The notes: generated by a model not told the origin, from the letters alone. 64,000 nt of DNA from Candidatus Heimdallarchaeota archaeon (GCA_019058275.1 JAHLVW010000016.1:14541-78540); one strand, 5' to 3'; shown: positions 28,015 to 38,358, numbered from the stretch's first letter. Program-made: numbers and translations.

Positions 28015-28950
28015 TTGGTTTCCAGTAAATCTTACATTGTAAAGAATCTAAAGGTTTCTCCAGATTTAGAAATTAAAAACCAATATTTTTCGAAAAGACA
28101 GAAAATTTTCTCTTACAATCTTAAATCTCTAAAAATAAAGGAACACTTAGAAACAGAAGAAAAAATAATACTCATTCGTCCTTGTGATGCCATAGCTTTG
28201 GAATACATTGACAAAGTAATGCTAGAGGAGCCACATGATCCTCAGTATAAGAAGATGAGAGAGTTAAATGTTTTCGCAGTAGTAAATTGCATAGAAACCT
28301 GCGAAAAGGGTTTCTGTGTGTCAACTGGTGGGAGCTTGATTAATAATGGATTGGGTGATCTTGAATTAACTCCTCTTGAAAAGGAAACTTTTCTCGTTGA
28401 AGTGTTAACTGAAAAAGGAGAAAATTATGTTAAAAAGCTAGCATTAAAGGAAGCCACAGAAGAACAGATCAAAAAGTGTGCTAAAGCAAAAAAGAAAGCA
28501 ATAGAAAATCCAGGTCAGAATATTATAGAAATTCCTACACCTGAACAAATAAGAGCAATCCCATTTGAAGAATGGGAAAAAATTGCATCAGGTTGCTTGG
28601 AATGTGGGTTCTGCAATTATTCTTGTCCAACATGTACTTGTTATGCGGAAACTCATGCTGAAAGAGGATCATCTAATTATTCCAAAATAAGAGTATGGGA
28701 TGCATGCGTTTTAGAATCCTTCAACCTTATGGCGGGTGGTCATACAACAATGCCAAATCGTTCAAGGCGATTCATTAGACGTTACAGTCATAAATTTGAA
28801 GTCATACCAGAAAGTTATGGTGTACTTGGATGTGTTGGTTGTGGTAGGTGTTATCAATTATGTCCAGCACATTTTGACATTCAAAAAATCTTAACTTATC
28901 TAGCAAAAAAGGGGGTTGAAGTAAAATCACCAGTCATAGTAAACCAATAA
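28015..28950 (+). CDS. AsrA/HydB/FlxB-like 4Fe-4S protein
   Basis: IRPCD, GFC, CLECGFCNYSCPTCTC, RVWDAC, CVGCGRCYQLCP. Confidence 0.88.
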   Translation: MVSSKSYIVKNLKVSPDLEIKNQYFSKRQKIFSYNLKSLKIKEHLETEEKIILIRPCDAIALEYIDKVMLEEPHDPQYKKMRELNVFAVVNCIETCEKGFCVSTGGSLINNGLGDLELTPLEKETFLVEVLTEKGENYVKKLALKEATEEQIKKCAKAKKKAIENPGQNIIEIPTPEQIRAIPFEEWEKIASGCLECGFCNYSCPTCTCYAETHAERGSSNYSKIRVWDACVLESFNLMAGGHTTMPNRSRRFIRRYSHKFEVIPESYGVLGCVGCGRCYQLCPAHFDIQKILTYLAKKGVEVKSPVIVNQ

Positions 28951-28988
28951 TTTGTTCCATTACAGATATTGCAGATGAGACTGTAGAT

Positions 28989-29732
28989 GTGAAAACATTC
29001 ACTTTTACTGTAGAAGGTCAAGAGATTATAGATTATCTTCCAGGGCAATTCTTTATGTTAACAGTGTTTGGTGTAGGTGAAGCACCGTTCGCTTTTTCAT
29101 CTATTGCTGGTAAGAAATTCCAGGCGACTATAAGAGAAGCTGGAACTGTCACAGAAGCTTTACATAAACTTTCAGTTGGTAACAAGGTAGGTATAAGAGG
29201 ACCATTTGGAAAACCATTTCCTTTGGAAGATTTGCAAAAAGCTGGAACTATACTTGTTGTTGCTGGTGGAATAGGTTTACCGCCACTTCGTTCATTGATA
29301 CAATATATACATGCAAATAATTTCCCAAAACAAGTTATTCTTTATGGTGCTCGAACTCCTGGTGATCTTATTTACAAAAAGCAATTTGAAATGTGGAAAA
29401 AGAAACTAAAAACTGAAATGCTAGTAACAGTTGATAGAGGTGACCAAAAGTGGAAGGGGAATGTAGGGGTTGTAACCACACTTTTTGACAAAATAAAAGT
29501 CCCTGAAAAAGTAAAAGTTGTAACTATCGGACCTGCAATAATGATGAAGTTTGTTATCAAGAAATGCTTAGAGCTTGGAATACAACCTGAGGATATTATT
29601 GTAAGCCTAGAGAATAGGATGACTTGTGGTTATGGCAAATGCGGTAACTGTGGATATGGGAAATATCTTGTCTGTAAAGATGGACCAGTATTTTCCTATG
29701 AGCAAATCAAAGATATTAAGGGGATTTTCTAG
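28989..29732 (+). CDS. FlxA/HydG-like FAD/NAD-binding oxidoreductase (true start probably about 20 codons upstream)
   Basis: PGQF, RGPFG, AGGIG, YGAR, SLENRMTCGYGKCGNC, VCKDGPVF. Confidence 0.88.
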   Translation: MKTFTFTVEGQEIIDYLPGQFFMLTVFGVGEAPFAFSSIAGKKFQATIREAGTVTEALHKLSVGNKVGIRGPFGKPFPLEDLQKAGTILVVAGGIGLPPLRSLIQYIHANNFPKQVILYGARTPGDLIYKKQFEMWKKKLKTEMLVTVDRGDQKWKGNVGVVTTLFDKIKVPEKVKVVTIGPAIMMKFVIKKCLELGIQPEDIIVSLENRMTCGYGKCGNCGYGKYLVCKDGPVFSYEQIKDIKGIF

Positions 29733-29734
29733 AA

Positions 29735-30211
29735 ATGACACGTGGATTAGTATTTTATCCTGAAAAATGCAAAGATGATTGCACAGAGTGTATAGATGCA
29801 TGTAAGAAGGAATATGACATTCCCTTACTTACATTAACACCTTCGAAAATTATCGTCAGTTGCCATCAATGCGAATCACCTTATTGTATGAATGTTTGCA
29901 ATTCACAGGCGATTACAAAAAACAAAGGTATAGTTAAAGTTGACCCTGAACTCTGCGTTGGTTGTCATTTCTGTTTAGGAGCTTGCCCATATGGTGGTAT
30001 GTATCCACATGAATTGAAAGTTCGCAAATGTGAGATGTGTGATGACAAAGAGAAACCTCTTTGTGTTGTAGCATGCAAGGAAGGAGCCTTGCAAGTTGTT
30101 GATGTGCCTAGTGAAGCAATGAAGAAAATCAAACTACCTGCTCAAAGAGTATTTACAATTGGTGAGGACTTAATTTGCTTCGTAAGCATTATCGAAGAAG
30201 GTAGCAAATAG
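29735..30211 (+). CDS. 4Fe-4S dicluster ferredoxin-like protein (HycB/CooF type)
   Basis: CHQCESPYCMNVC, CVGCHFCLGACP, KCEMC..PLCVVAC. Confidence 0.88.
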   Translation: MTRGLVFYPEKCKDDCTECIDACKKEYDIPLLTLTPSKIIVSCHQCESPYCMNVCNSQAITKNKGIVKVDPELCVGCHFCLGACPYGGMYPHELKVRKCEMCDDKEKPLCVVACKEGALQVVDVPSEAMKKIKLPAQRVFTIGEDLICFVSIIEEGSK

Positions 30212-30233
30212 TAATTTGACTGGTGAAATTAAA

Positions 30234-32234
30234 ATGACAGTTGGTGTTTTCGTTTGTCATTGTGGTAAAAACATTGCTGGAACAGTTGATGTAAAAAAAG
30301 TATCAGAAGAAATGAAGAAGAATCCATTGGTTTCATATTCAACTGATTATGAGTTTATGTGTAGTAAATCAGGTCAAGAACTAATAGCCCAAACGATCAA
30401 AGATAAAGGCATTGATAGGGTTGTAGTTGCTGCTTGCACACCTAAGCTTCATGAGAAGACCTTTAGAAGAGTTTTGCAGAAAAATAACTTGAATCCATTT
30501 TACTTGGAATTTGTTAATATTAGAGAGCAGAATTCTTGGATTCATTCTGATATGAAATTAGCTACTATTAAAGCAATAGATCTAGTCAATGGTGCTATTG
30601 AACGAGCAGCTGCCCTTGAAGCTATAGATTCTACTGAATATCCAGTCGAAAAGAAAGTTTTAGTTGTTGGCGCAGGTGTTGCGGGTATACAAGCAGCTCT
30701 TGATCTAGCTGAAAAGGATATTGAAATTTATTTAATAGATATTGATGCAACGATTGGCGGATACATGGCAAAGTTGGACAAAACTTTTCCTACAAACGAT
30801 TGTTCAGCTTGTATTTTAACCCCAAAAATGAATGATGCTTATACACATCCCAAGATAACTGTGTTGACATTGACTGAAGCAGTTAGTGCTCATAGAGTTG
30901 GCGGTAATTTTGAGGTTGAGCTAGTTCAACATCCAAGATATGTTGATATTGAGAAATGTCGTTCCTGTTATACTTGTATAGAAAATTGCCCTTTGAAAAA
31001 ACGACCTAACAAGTTTTTTGACAATATTGGTACTACCAAAGCAGTATTTTTCCCATTCGCACAATCAATTCCAAAAGCAGTTGTAATTGACCAAGATTAC
31101 TGTCTTTACCTAAAGAATCGTGATAAGGGCAGAGATGTTTGTAGAAGATGTGAAAAGAATTGCCCAAGTGGTGCAATTGATTTCTCTCAGACTAAGAAAC
31201 ATATCACAATGGAATTTGGAGCGATTATTCTTGCAACTGGATTCGAGGATTTTGATCCATCAATAATTGAGGAGTACAACTATCAAAACAGTCCTGACAT
31301 TGTTACTAATTCTGAATTTGGTTTTATGTTCAATGTATCAGGTCCAACAGATGGGAAGCTTATAAGACCAAGTACAAATAAAGCACCAAAATCGGTAGCA
31401 TTTATTCAATGTGTTGGTTCTCGAGATGATATTGCTGAATATTGTTGCAATATTGGTTGTATGGCTAGCTTGAAACATGCTTATCTTACATTGAAACAAA
31501 ATCCAGATACGAAAGTTTACATTTGCTATGCTGATATGCGAACTGTTGGGAAAGGTTACGAAGAATACTATAAACGAATAAGACAGCTGGGAGTTCGGTT
31601 TATAAGAGGCAAACCAAGTCAGATAGACTTATTACCTGACGGACAATTGCAAATTAAGGTCTATGATTCTGCAATTGAAAAGCTAGAAAACATAACAGTT
31701 GAAATGGCAGCACTACAAGTTGGTCTACGACCAAGTAAAAAAGCAGGTGAAGTGAGAAAAATCTTTGGGGTTGATCCATCTTCTAGCGGTGGAGAAATGA
31801 ATGATTATTTCAAAGAACTTCATCCTAAATTAGAACCCGTTGATACAAAAGCATCAGGGGTTTATATTTGTGGATGTGCAAGAAGTCCAAAAACAATAAC
31901 TAGTTCTGTCAGTGAAGCTAAAGCTGCTGCAAGTTCAGCAAGTAGCAGATTAATTACTGGTAAAATAACTATAGCAAATAATACTGCACAAGTAAACGAA
32001 GAAACATGTGTTGGTTGTGGTGCTTGTATTGAAGTTTGTCCTTTTGATGCTATTGAATTACAAGGACCTATCAAACGAGTAGCAGTTGTTAATCCCATTG
32101 CTTGCAAAAAATGTGGAACTTGTGCTTCAGTTTGTCCAACAGGTTCAATACAATTACCTCATTATAGAACAATTCAGATTCTCCCACAAATTAAAGGAAT
32201 TACTGATAAGAATCTCGAGGTGAAAGAGTCTTGA
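30234..32234 (+). CDS. hdrA: Heterodisulfide reductase subunit A
   Basis: GVFVCHCGKNI, AACTP, NIREQ, VVGAGVAG, LDKTFPTNDCSAC, FIQCVGSR..YCC..GC and C-terminal ferredoxin motifs. Confidence 0.95.
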   Translation: MTVGVFVCHCGKNIAGTVDVKKVSEEMKKNPLVSYSTDYEFMCSKSGQELIAQTIKDKGIDRVVVAACTPKLHEKTFRRVLQKNNLNPFYLEFVNIREQNSWIHSDMKLATIKAIDLVNGAIERAAALEAIDSTEYPVEKKVLVVGAGVAGIQAALDLAEKDIEIYLIDIDATIGGYMAKLDKTFPTNDCSACILTPKMNDAYTHPKITVLTLTEAVSAHRVGGNFEVELVQHPRYVDIEKCRSCYTCIENCPLKKRPNKFFDNIGTTKAVFFPFAQSIPKAVVIDQDYCLYLKNRDKGRDVCRRCEKNCPSGAIDFSQTKKHITMEFGAIILATGFEDFDPSIIEEYNYQNSPDIVTNSEFGFMFNVSGPTDGKLIRPSTNKAPKSVAFIQCVGSRDDIAEYCCNIGCMASLKHAYLTLKQNPDTKVYICYADMRTVGKGYEEYYKRIRQLGVRFIRGKPSQIDLLPDGQLQIKVYDSAIEKLENITVEMAALQVGLRPSKKAGEVRKIFGVDPSSSGGEMNDYFKELHPKLEPVDTKASGVYICGCARSPKTITSSVSEAKAAASSASSRLITGKITIANNTAQVNEETCVGCGACIEVCPFDAIELQGPIKRVAVVNPIACKKCGTCASVCPTGSIQLPHYRTIQILPQIKGITDKNLEVKES

Positions 32235-33199
32235 AAAAGGAAAAAGAAAGAGTCATAGGATTCTGCTGTAACGAATGTGCCTACGCAGCTGCAGATTTAG
32301 CAGGACAATTAGGGATGAAATATCCTGTAAATGTACGAATAATTAGAACTCCTTGTAGTGGTACAACAGATCCCCTTTGGGTTCTTGATGGATTAGCACA
32401 AGGTGCGAAAGGGGTTTTTGTTTCTGGTTGTTTACCCGATCAATGTCATTATGGTGACGGCAATGTTCACATGGAAGAAAGTGTAGTATTCCTACGAACA
32501 TTATTGAAAGCAATAGGAATAAATCCTAAGCATATTATTAGCTACCTAAATTCAGCTGGTATGCCAGAAGCATTTGCTAATTCCACTTCAGATTTTGTAA
32601 AAGATGTTCTTTCATTACCAACTCTTCCAGACATTAAGAGTGAAGTAAAAAGTGCTGATAAAAGGGAGAGATTTCTCGAGATACTAACAGCATATGCCAA
32701 AGCTACTGGAAAGATTGATAAATTAGATGAAAAACCCATTCCTCGCGAAGGTTTTGGGATGATAACTGTTGATGAGGATAAATGTGTTTCATGTGGAAGT
32801 TGTGGTTATTTGTGTGAAACAGATGCAATTACAAAACAAGAGACAAAAAAACATCGCAAAATGTATTACGCTCACTATTTGTGCACTGGATGTGAAGCTT
32901 GTGTTAGAGCATGTCCAACTGAAGCAATAACAGTCAATAAAGAAATTCACTTGAAGCCATTCCTTGCTAAAGAAAATAACCAATTCTCAGGAAGTCAACT
33001 TGTCACCTGCTCTAATTGTGCTGACAAATTTGCTACAGTGGCAATTTTGGAAAAGATTGAAGACCAGTTTGAGCTTATTGATTCAGAAATAATCTCCTTG
33101 TGTCCTGCATGTAGAAGAGATGTTATTGGTGAAGACTTTGTGAATCTTAGTCGATATCTAGAAGCAGCTAATATTAAATCAGAGGAGGAAGCTAAATGA
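32231..33199 (+). CDS. mvhD: MvhD (2Fe-2S) fused to C-terminal ferredoxin domains
   Basis: FCCNECAYAAADLAG, PCSG, GC..QCHY..GN; then CVSCGSCGYLC, CTGCEACVRACP, CSNC..CPAC. Confidence 0.88.
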   Translation: MKKEKERVIGFCCNECAYAAADLAGQLGMKYPVNVRIIRTPCSGTTDPLWVLDGLAQGAKGVFVSGCLPDQCHYGDGNVHMEESVVFLRTLLKAIGINPKHIISYLNSAGMPEAFANSTSDFVKDVLSLPTLPDIKSEVKSADKRERFLEILTAYAKATGKIDKLDEKPIPREGFGMITVDEDKCVSCGSCGYLCETDAITKQETKKHRKMYYAHYLCTGCEACVRACPTEAITVNKEIHLKPFLAKENNQFSGSQLVTCSNCADKFATVAILEKIEDQFELIDSEIISLCPACRRDVIGEDFVNLSRYLEAANIKSEEEAK

Positions 33200-33678
33200 A
33201 TTTTGATGAAACAACTTGTTATATTTGTGCAAAGTGTACAAGTGGTTGTCCTACTGCAGTTTATGACCCTACCTTTAAACCCCATGTAATTGTTGCGAGG
33301 TCTAAAGTTGATCATGAAAATCTTATAGAAGAAGAGAATCTCTGGTCTTGTGTACTCTGCAAACGCTGTGAACGTCGTTGTCCTCAAAACGTTTCACCTC
33401 TTTTAATTGTAACAGAACTAAAAAATGAAAGCTATAAACATTGTAAGGAGCATGTGCCAAAGGGCTTTGAAGTTCTAATTAAATTAGTCAAAGATACAGG
33501 TTTAGCATCCAGAGAAGAAACAATAATCACTGCTGATTTTGATGAGTTTGAAAGAGAAGATTTAGGATTACCACCCATACCAAACATTAACACAAAAGTA
33601 ATAACAGAAGCACTAACTGAACTAGGATTTTTCGATAAAATTTGCGAAGAGTCTGGATCAACAAGCACGGAGGAATAG
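33196..33678 (+). CDS. hdrC: Heterodisulfide reductase subunit C
   Basis: CYICAKCTSGCP and WSCVLCKRCERRCPQ. Confidence 0.9.
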   Translation: MNFDETTCYICAKCTSGCPTAVYDPTFKPHVIVARSKVDHENLIEEENLWSCVLCKRCERRCPQNVSPLLIVTELKNESYKHCKEHVPKGFEVLIKLVKDTGLASREETIITADFDEFEREDLGLPPIPNINTKVITEALTELGFFDKICEESGSTSTEE

Positions 33679-33680
33679 AA

Positions 33681-34520
33681 ATGGAACCTGCTTTTTTAAA
33701 TCTAGGATGTAAAGTACCAACTTCACAATATGCTTTTGAATTGTCAACTAGAGCAGTAATAAAAGAGCTTAACCTACCTATTGAGGTACAACAAGAATAC
33801 AATTGTTGTGGATTTCCATTTATCTCGCTAGACAAAAATGCTTGGGTTTATCTCGCTACAAGAAATTTAGCTTTTGCTGAAAAAGCAAAAAGAAACCTAC
33901 TTCCAATTTGCAATGGATGTTTCTTATCTTATGTTGAAGCGAGAGCAGAATTATTACATGATAGTAAACTGAAGAAGAAGATAAACAAACAACTGGCAAA
34001 AGAAGGTTTGAAGTTTACTGGAAAATCTAAAATTGTTCATTTAGTTGATATCTTCTATGAAGTAAGGGATGAAATAAAATCAAAAATAGTAAAGAATTTT
34101 GATAAAAAGAAAATAGCTGTTCATCTAGGATGTCATGGTGAAGAAGAAAAAAATGAAGAACCAATTGATGGTATACCTCGAATTGATAAAATGATGACAA
34201 TAATGAGAGACTTAGGTATTGAGACTGATTTATACCCTACAATTCACGAGTGTTGTGGTGCAGGTGGAATTATTTCAGAAAAAGATTTACCATTCAAGAT
34301 GTCAGGTAACAAACTAGTTGAGTTAATTGAAATGGGTTATGAAGGTATGGCTACAATTTGTCCATTCTGTCAAAGTCAGTATGAGACAAAACAAGCATTA
34401 ATTTCTCAAATAATCAGCAAAAAAGTACAATTACCTGTTTATTATCTTACACAGCTTATGGGTATGGCTTGGGGTTTAGATGAAGAAACATTGGGTCTTC
34501 ACTTGAATACATCTCTTTAA
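33681..34520 (+). CDS. hdrB: Heterodisulfide reductase subunit B
   Basis: Two CCG domains: LGC..NCCG..CNGC and LGCH..ECCG..CPFC; LPVYYLTQLMG. Confidence 0.9.
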   Translation: MEPAFLNLGCKVPTSQYAFELSTRAVIKELNLPIEVQQEYNCCGFPFISLDKNAWVYLATRNLAFAEKAKRNLLPICNGCFLSYVEARAELLHDSKLKKKINKQLAKEGLKFTGKSKIVHLVDIFYEVRDEIKSKIVKNFDKKKIAVHLGCHGEEEKNEEPIDGIPRIDKMMTIMRDLGIETDLYPTIHECCGAGGIISEKDLPFKMSGNKLVELIEMGYEGMATICPFCQSQYETKQALISQIISKKVQLPVYYLTQLMGMAWGLDEETLGLHLNTSL

Positions 34521-34529
34521 ATCGAAAAA

Positions 34530-35264
34530 TCATATGTAATTGAATAATTCAGTTAACTTCGAAATAGTATTGAAACGTTGGTCTAAATCTTCACTAAAAA
34601 CTAGTTCTTCTTCTCGACGAATTATTAGAACGTTTAAATTATAATTTCTCGCTCCAATCCCATCTGTCTTTAATTCATCACCTACATGTAGTATTTCAGA
34701 TGGTTGCAGTTTCGAATGCTCCAAGAGAATCTTGTAATTATCTATCTTTTGTGGATTGAATTTGTCAACTGTGATAATTTCCTCAAAAAAATTAATAATG
34801 TTGTTTTGTTCCAGAAGTTCGATTATTCCATCCGAATGATTGCCTGATAAAACATACTGTTTAATTTTTTTCTGATTTAATTGTTTTATAGTTTCCACAA
34901 CATCATTATAAAGAATCTTTTTTTGAATAATAAATATCTGATTTACTAACCACGTCTTTAATTCTTCAATATCATGACATGAATTCTGAATTTCTAACAT
35001 GTCAACTCTTATTTTATTATATTCTTTGATGAACTGAATTCTTTCTTCTTTAGAAAGAGTACCAAATATATTGCGTTGGTGTTTAAGATTATCAGGTAGA
35101 TTTTGTAGCACCTCAAGACTTCCTTGCATTAATTCTTCTTTAGTAACAATAATTCCCTTCAGAGCAAGTAATCTTGGTATTAGATCATGTGTTGCTGGTG
35201 TAACATGCGCTAAGGTTCTATCAAAATCGAAACTAATGCATTTTATCAATTCAAAACCCCACAC
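34530..35264 (-). CDS. HAD-superfamily hydrolase
   Basis: SFDFDRTL, LSGN, HVGDELKTD. Confidence 0.85.
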   Translation of the reverse strand: MWGFELIKCISFDFDRTLAHVTPATHDLIPRLLALKGIIVTKEELMQGSLEVLQNLPDNLKHQRNIFGTLSKEERIQFIKEYNKIRVDMLEIQNSCHDIEELKTWLVNQIFIIQKKILYNDVVETIKQLNQKKIKQYVLSGNHSDGIIELLEQNNIINFFEEIITVDKFNPQKIDNYKILLEHSKLQPSEILHVGDELKTDGIGARNYNLNVLIIRREEELVFSEDLDQRFNTISKLTELFNYI

Positions 35265-35278
35265 ATTAATTCATAGTT

Positions 35279-36352
35279 TTATTTCTTGAATTTCAATCCA
35301 ATACTAGGTTTTACCAATTCCTTATCCGGATCTAAATCAACCAAGGAATCAATTATCGCCTGTCTATAAGATATTTTATACTCAAATCCTAATGCTTTCA
35401 ATTTATTTGAGCTATAAATCAGAGTTTTTCCAATATAGCTAATTGCAATCGGAGAAAGTGCTATTTTAATCAGTTCAAACTTTGGGAATATTTTGTTGAG
35501 TACCCTCAAAAGAGGTAAGAGTAATCTGAAAAACCAATATTGAACGGAAAAAGTTGGTGGATTTCTATTATAATACTCAGCAATAACATCCATGATTTCT
35601 TTATATGAAATTGGTTCGAGAGCTATATTGTATTCTTCCCCTGAAATATCGTCATTATATTCTACAAGATAAACTTGAGCTCTTGCTACATCTATTGGTG
35701 ATGTTATAGATAAGAGATTTTTCCCTTTGTTAATTAATTTTGGTAAGGCACGATATGATAATAATTTTACAAGATTGGGTATGGTTTGTCTGTCACCTGC
35801 ACCGACTATCGGGCCCAGTCTTGTTGTTACAAATTTCTTATCGGGATGTCTTTTGGAATAATCATTCACTATATTTTCAGCAATTCGCTTGGTTACAGTA
35901 TAAGGTAGACCATCTAATGGACCAATTGGACTATTTTCATATATTGTATAGGTTTTTACTCTGTCATTAAAAGCCTCATAAACAGCAATAGAGCTTGTAT
36001 AAATAAAACATTTAGCTTTTGATTTAACGAAAGCATTAAGCATTAACCTTGTACCCAAAACATTTGATTTGTACATTTGTTCATAAGTTTGGTTTAACAG
36101 AATATTTGCTGCTATATGAAAAACATAATCAATACCACTATTCATAATATCAGAAATTGTGTCACTATCTAGCAAATCACCCTCGGTTATTGTGACTCCT
36201 AATTCTTTTAATTTAGCAGCTTTGTCGGGATTTCTTACCAAGCAAATTACATCTTCTGGTCTAGTTACATCTAACTTCTTCTCAGTAATGATGTATCTTA
36301 CTACTTGACTACCAACTTGACCAGTTGCTCCTGTTACGAATATTTTTGCCAT
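35279..36352 (-). CDS. NAD-dependent epimerase/dehydratase (extended SDR)
   Basis: VTGATGQVG, VFHIAA, YTSS, YTVTK. Confidence 0.88.
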   Translation of the reverse strand: MAKIFVTGATGQVGSQVVRYIITEKKLDVTRPEDVICLVRNPDKAAKLKELGVTITEGDLLDSDTISDIMNSGIDYVFHIAANILLNQTYEQMYKSNVLGTRLMLNAFVKSKAKCFIYTSSIAVYEAFNDRVKTYTIYENSPIGPLDGLPYTVTKRIAENIVNDYSKRHPDKKFVTTRLGPIVGAGDRQTIPNLVKLLSYRALPKLINKGKNLLSITSPIDVARAQVYLVEYNDDISGEEYNIALEPISYKEIMDVIAEYYNRNPPTFSVQYWFFRLLLPLLRVLNKIFPKFELIKIALSPIAISYIGKTLIYSSNKLKALGFEYKISYRQAIIDSLVDLDPDKELVKPSIGLKFKK

Positions 36353-36477
36353 TGATTATCCATCGATGCAATTTTTGGTGCGATGATTCATATCGCATAG
36401 ATATAATTGTAAATACTAGCCTTGATCTAGAATCGTTTATTCTTTTGCTATTTCTTTACTAAATTTATAAGCTTTAT

Positions 36478-37512
36478 TCATTTCTTTGCATAGAGTTTAT
36501 GAATTACATCAATCACAAACTCTATATCTTCCTTTTCAATCCCATAATGAGTAACTAAACGAAATACTGTATCCCAACGACTCGAAACTGTAATATTATT
36601 CTTGGCTAAATCTGCTTTGAATTGTTCTCCTGTGATGTTTAAACCTGATATATCAATAAAGAGTATATTTGTTTGACATTCCCTTGTTATTAGACCTTCA
36701 ATATTAGACAATCCCTTTTTTAAGATTTGAGCATTTTTATGATCATCTGCTAATCTATCAATCATTTTCTCGAGAGCAATAATTCCGGGTGCAGCAATTA
36801 TTCCAGCTTGTCTCATCCCTCCACCTAGCATCTTTCTTATCCTTAATGCTTGGTTAATGAATTCTTGACTTCCTGCTACTATAGAACCTATTGGACAAGC
36901 TAGTCCTTTACTTAAACAGAACATTATAGAATCAGCTCCCTTAACTAACTCTCTTGCAGAAATACCAGAAGCGATTACAGCATTAAACAAACGAGCACCA
37001 TCTATGTGTACTTTTAGATTATTCTTCTTTGCTGATTTATATAGATCTTGTAGTTGTTCTTTAGACCAAACTTTCCCACCAGCCATATTGTGAGTATTTT
37101 CTATCGAAACCAGAGAGCTTATTGGATAATGAAGATCGATACCTCTTACAGCATCATTCAACATTTCGGGAGTAATCAAATATCCATCTTTACCTTGCAG
37201 AGTTCGTAATTGTAATCCACCTATCACTGCAGGTGAAGCAACCTCATGTAGGACTATATGCGAGTTCTGTTCCAAGATTACCTCATCCCCTTTTTTTGTT
37301 TGGCTGACAAGTCCACAGATATTACCCATTGTACCTGAGCAAACCAATAAAGCAGCTTCCATACTTAAGAGCTTTGCAGCTTTTTCTTGTAACTCAATGA
37401 CTGTTGGATCGTCTCCAAAAACATCATCACCAAGCTTTGCATATCTCATAGCTTCGAGCATTTCCTCAGAAGGTAAAGTTACTGTATCACTACGCAAGTC
37501 TATTTTTTTCAT
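36478..37512 (-). CDS. ltaE: Low-specificity L-threonine aldolase
   Basis: IDLRSDTVT, GDDVFGDDP, IENTHN, HIDGARLFNA, CLSKGL, LGGGMRQAG. Confidence 0.93.
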   Translation of the reverse strand: MKKIDLRSDTVTLPSEEMLEAMRYAKLGDDVFGDDPTVIELQEKAAKLLSMEAALLVCSGTMGNICGLVSQTKKGDEVILEQNSHIVLHEVASPAVIGGLQLRTLQGKDGYLITPEMLNDAVRGIDLHYPISSLVSIENTHNMAGGKVWSKEQLQDLYKSAKKNNLKVHIDGARLFNAVIASGISARELVKGADSIMFCLSKGLACPIGSIVAGSQEFINQALRIRKMLGGGMRQAGIIAAPGIIALEKMIDRLADDHKNAQILKKGLSNIEGLITRECQTNILFIDISGLNITGEQFKADLAKNNITVSSRWDTVFRLVTHYGIEKEDIEFVIDVIHKLYAKK

Positions 37513-37695
37513 TTAATTCATCTCTGGTGGAAAATTCTGATAGTAATTTTAGAAAGCTAATTTTTGCCCGTTTTTATAAATTGTTATCCATTGATTAAAA
37601 ACACCATTAGAAAAGACTTAAAGCATTTAAATGTTTAAAATATCCGAAGGATTAATAATAAATTGATTATTAATAGAGTCTGGGAGCAATGATTC

Positions 37696-38358
37696 ATGCA
37701 CAAGCTAGATAAAACCGACTTACGAATATTAATAGCATTATTGGCTGATTCACGAACAAGTTATGCAGCCCTTGCTCGAGAGACAAATTTAACTATTCCA
37801 TCTATTAAAACCAGAATCCAAAAATATATTGATTCAGGTTTAATTGAGAAATTCACAATCATTATTGATGAACATATGATTATGAAAGGTACATCAATGA
37901 CTTTTCTCTTAAAAGTAAAACCTAGTGATTTAGACACAATCGCTAAAGAAATTTATATTAGTCCCTTTATTGCAAATATGACTATAACTTCTGGACATTA
38001 CAATTTAGTTATTGTAACCCACCCAATGAGTGACAAAGATAAATTAGAGTTTATTAAACACGTAAATACACTGCCCGGAGAATCTGTTATTGAATTAGTT
38101 TCATCAATAAATCTTGAGACATTTATGTGCAGGCCAATAGAGTTACCCAAAACCCCTATAAACCTCCTAATAAGATGCGATTATTGTCATAGAGAGTTTT
38201 CTGGTGAAGTATTTTCAAAAGCAATACTTGGTAGGAAAAGATATTTCTGCAGTCCTATTTGTCAAGAGAAATATGAGGAAAGGGCTAAGAAATACATTAG
38301 AGGGGAATTATTCCAACATCCTGATGAGGAAAAAGTAAGGAAAGAAGCTAAGAGTTAA
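37696..38358 (+). CDS. Lrp/AsnC-type HTH regulator with C-terminal TRASH metal-binding domain
   Basis: LDKTDLRILIALLADSRTSYAALA HTH; CDYC..RYFCSPICQ. Confidence 0.85.
   Translation: MHKLDKTDLRILIALLADSRTSYAALARETNLTIPSIKTRIQKYIDSGLIEKFTIIIDEHMIMKGTSMTFLLKVKPSDLDTIAKEIYISPFIANMTITSGHYNLVIVTHPMSDKDKLEFIKHVNTLPGESVIELVSSINLETFMCRPIELPKTPINLLIRCDYCHREFSGEVFSKAILGRKRYFCSPICQEKYEERAKKYIRGELFQHPDEEKVRKEAKS

Noticed and set aside
28905-28919. A-AAA-AAG slippery site fusing the FlxB-like and FlxA-like genes by -1 frameshift
   Set aside because: The -1 frame reaches TGA (28917-28919) within three codons, so a fusion would also require readthrough.
30234-33199. Possible selenocysteine in HdrA, MvhD or hydrogenase
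   Set aside because: The relevant positions are Cys (TNDCSAC, CCNEC, DPCISC) and the ORFs have no in-frame TGA.
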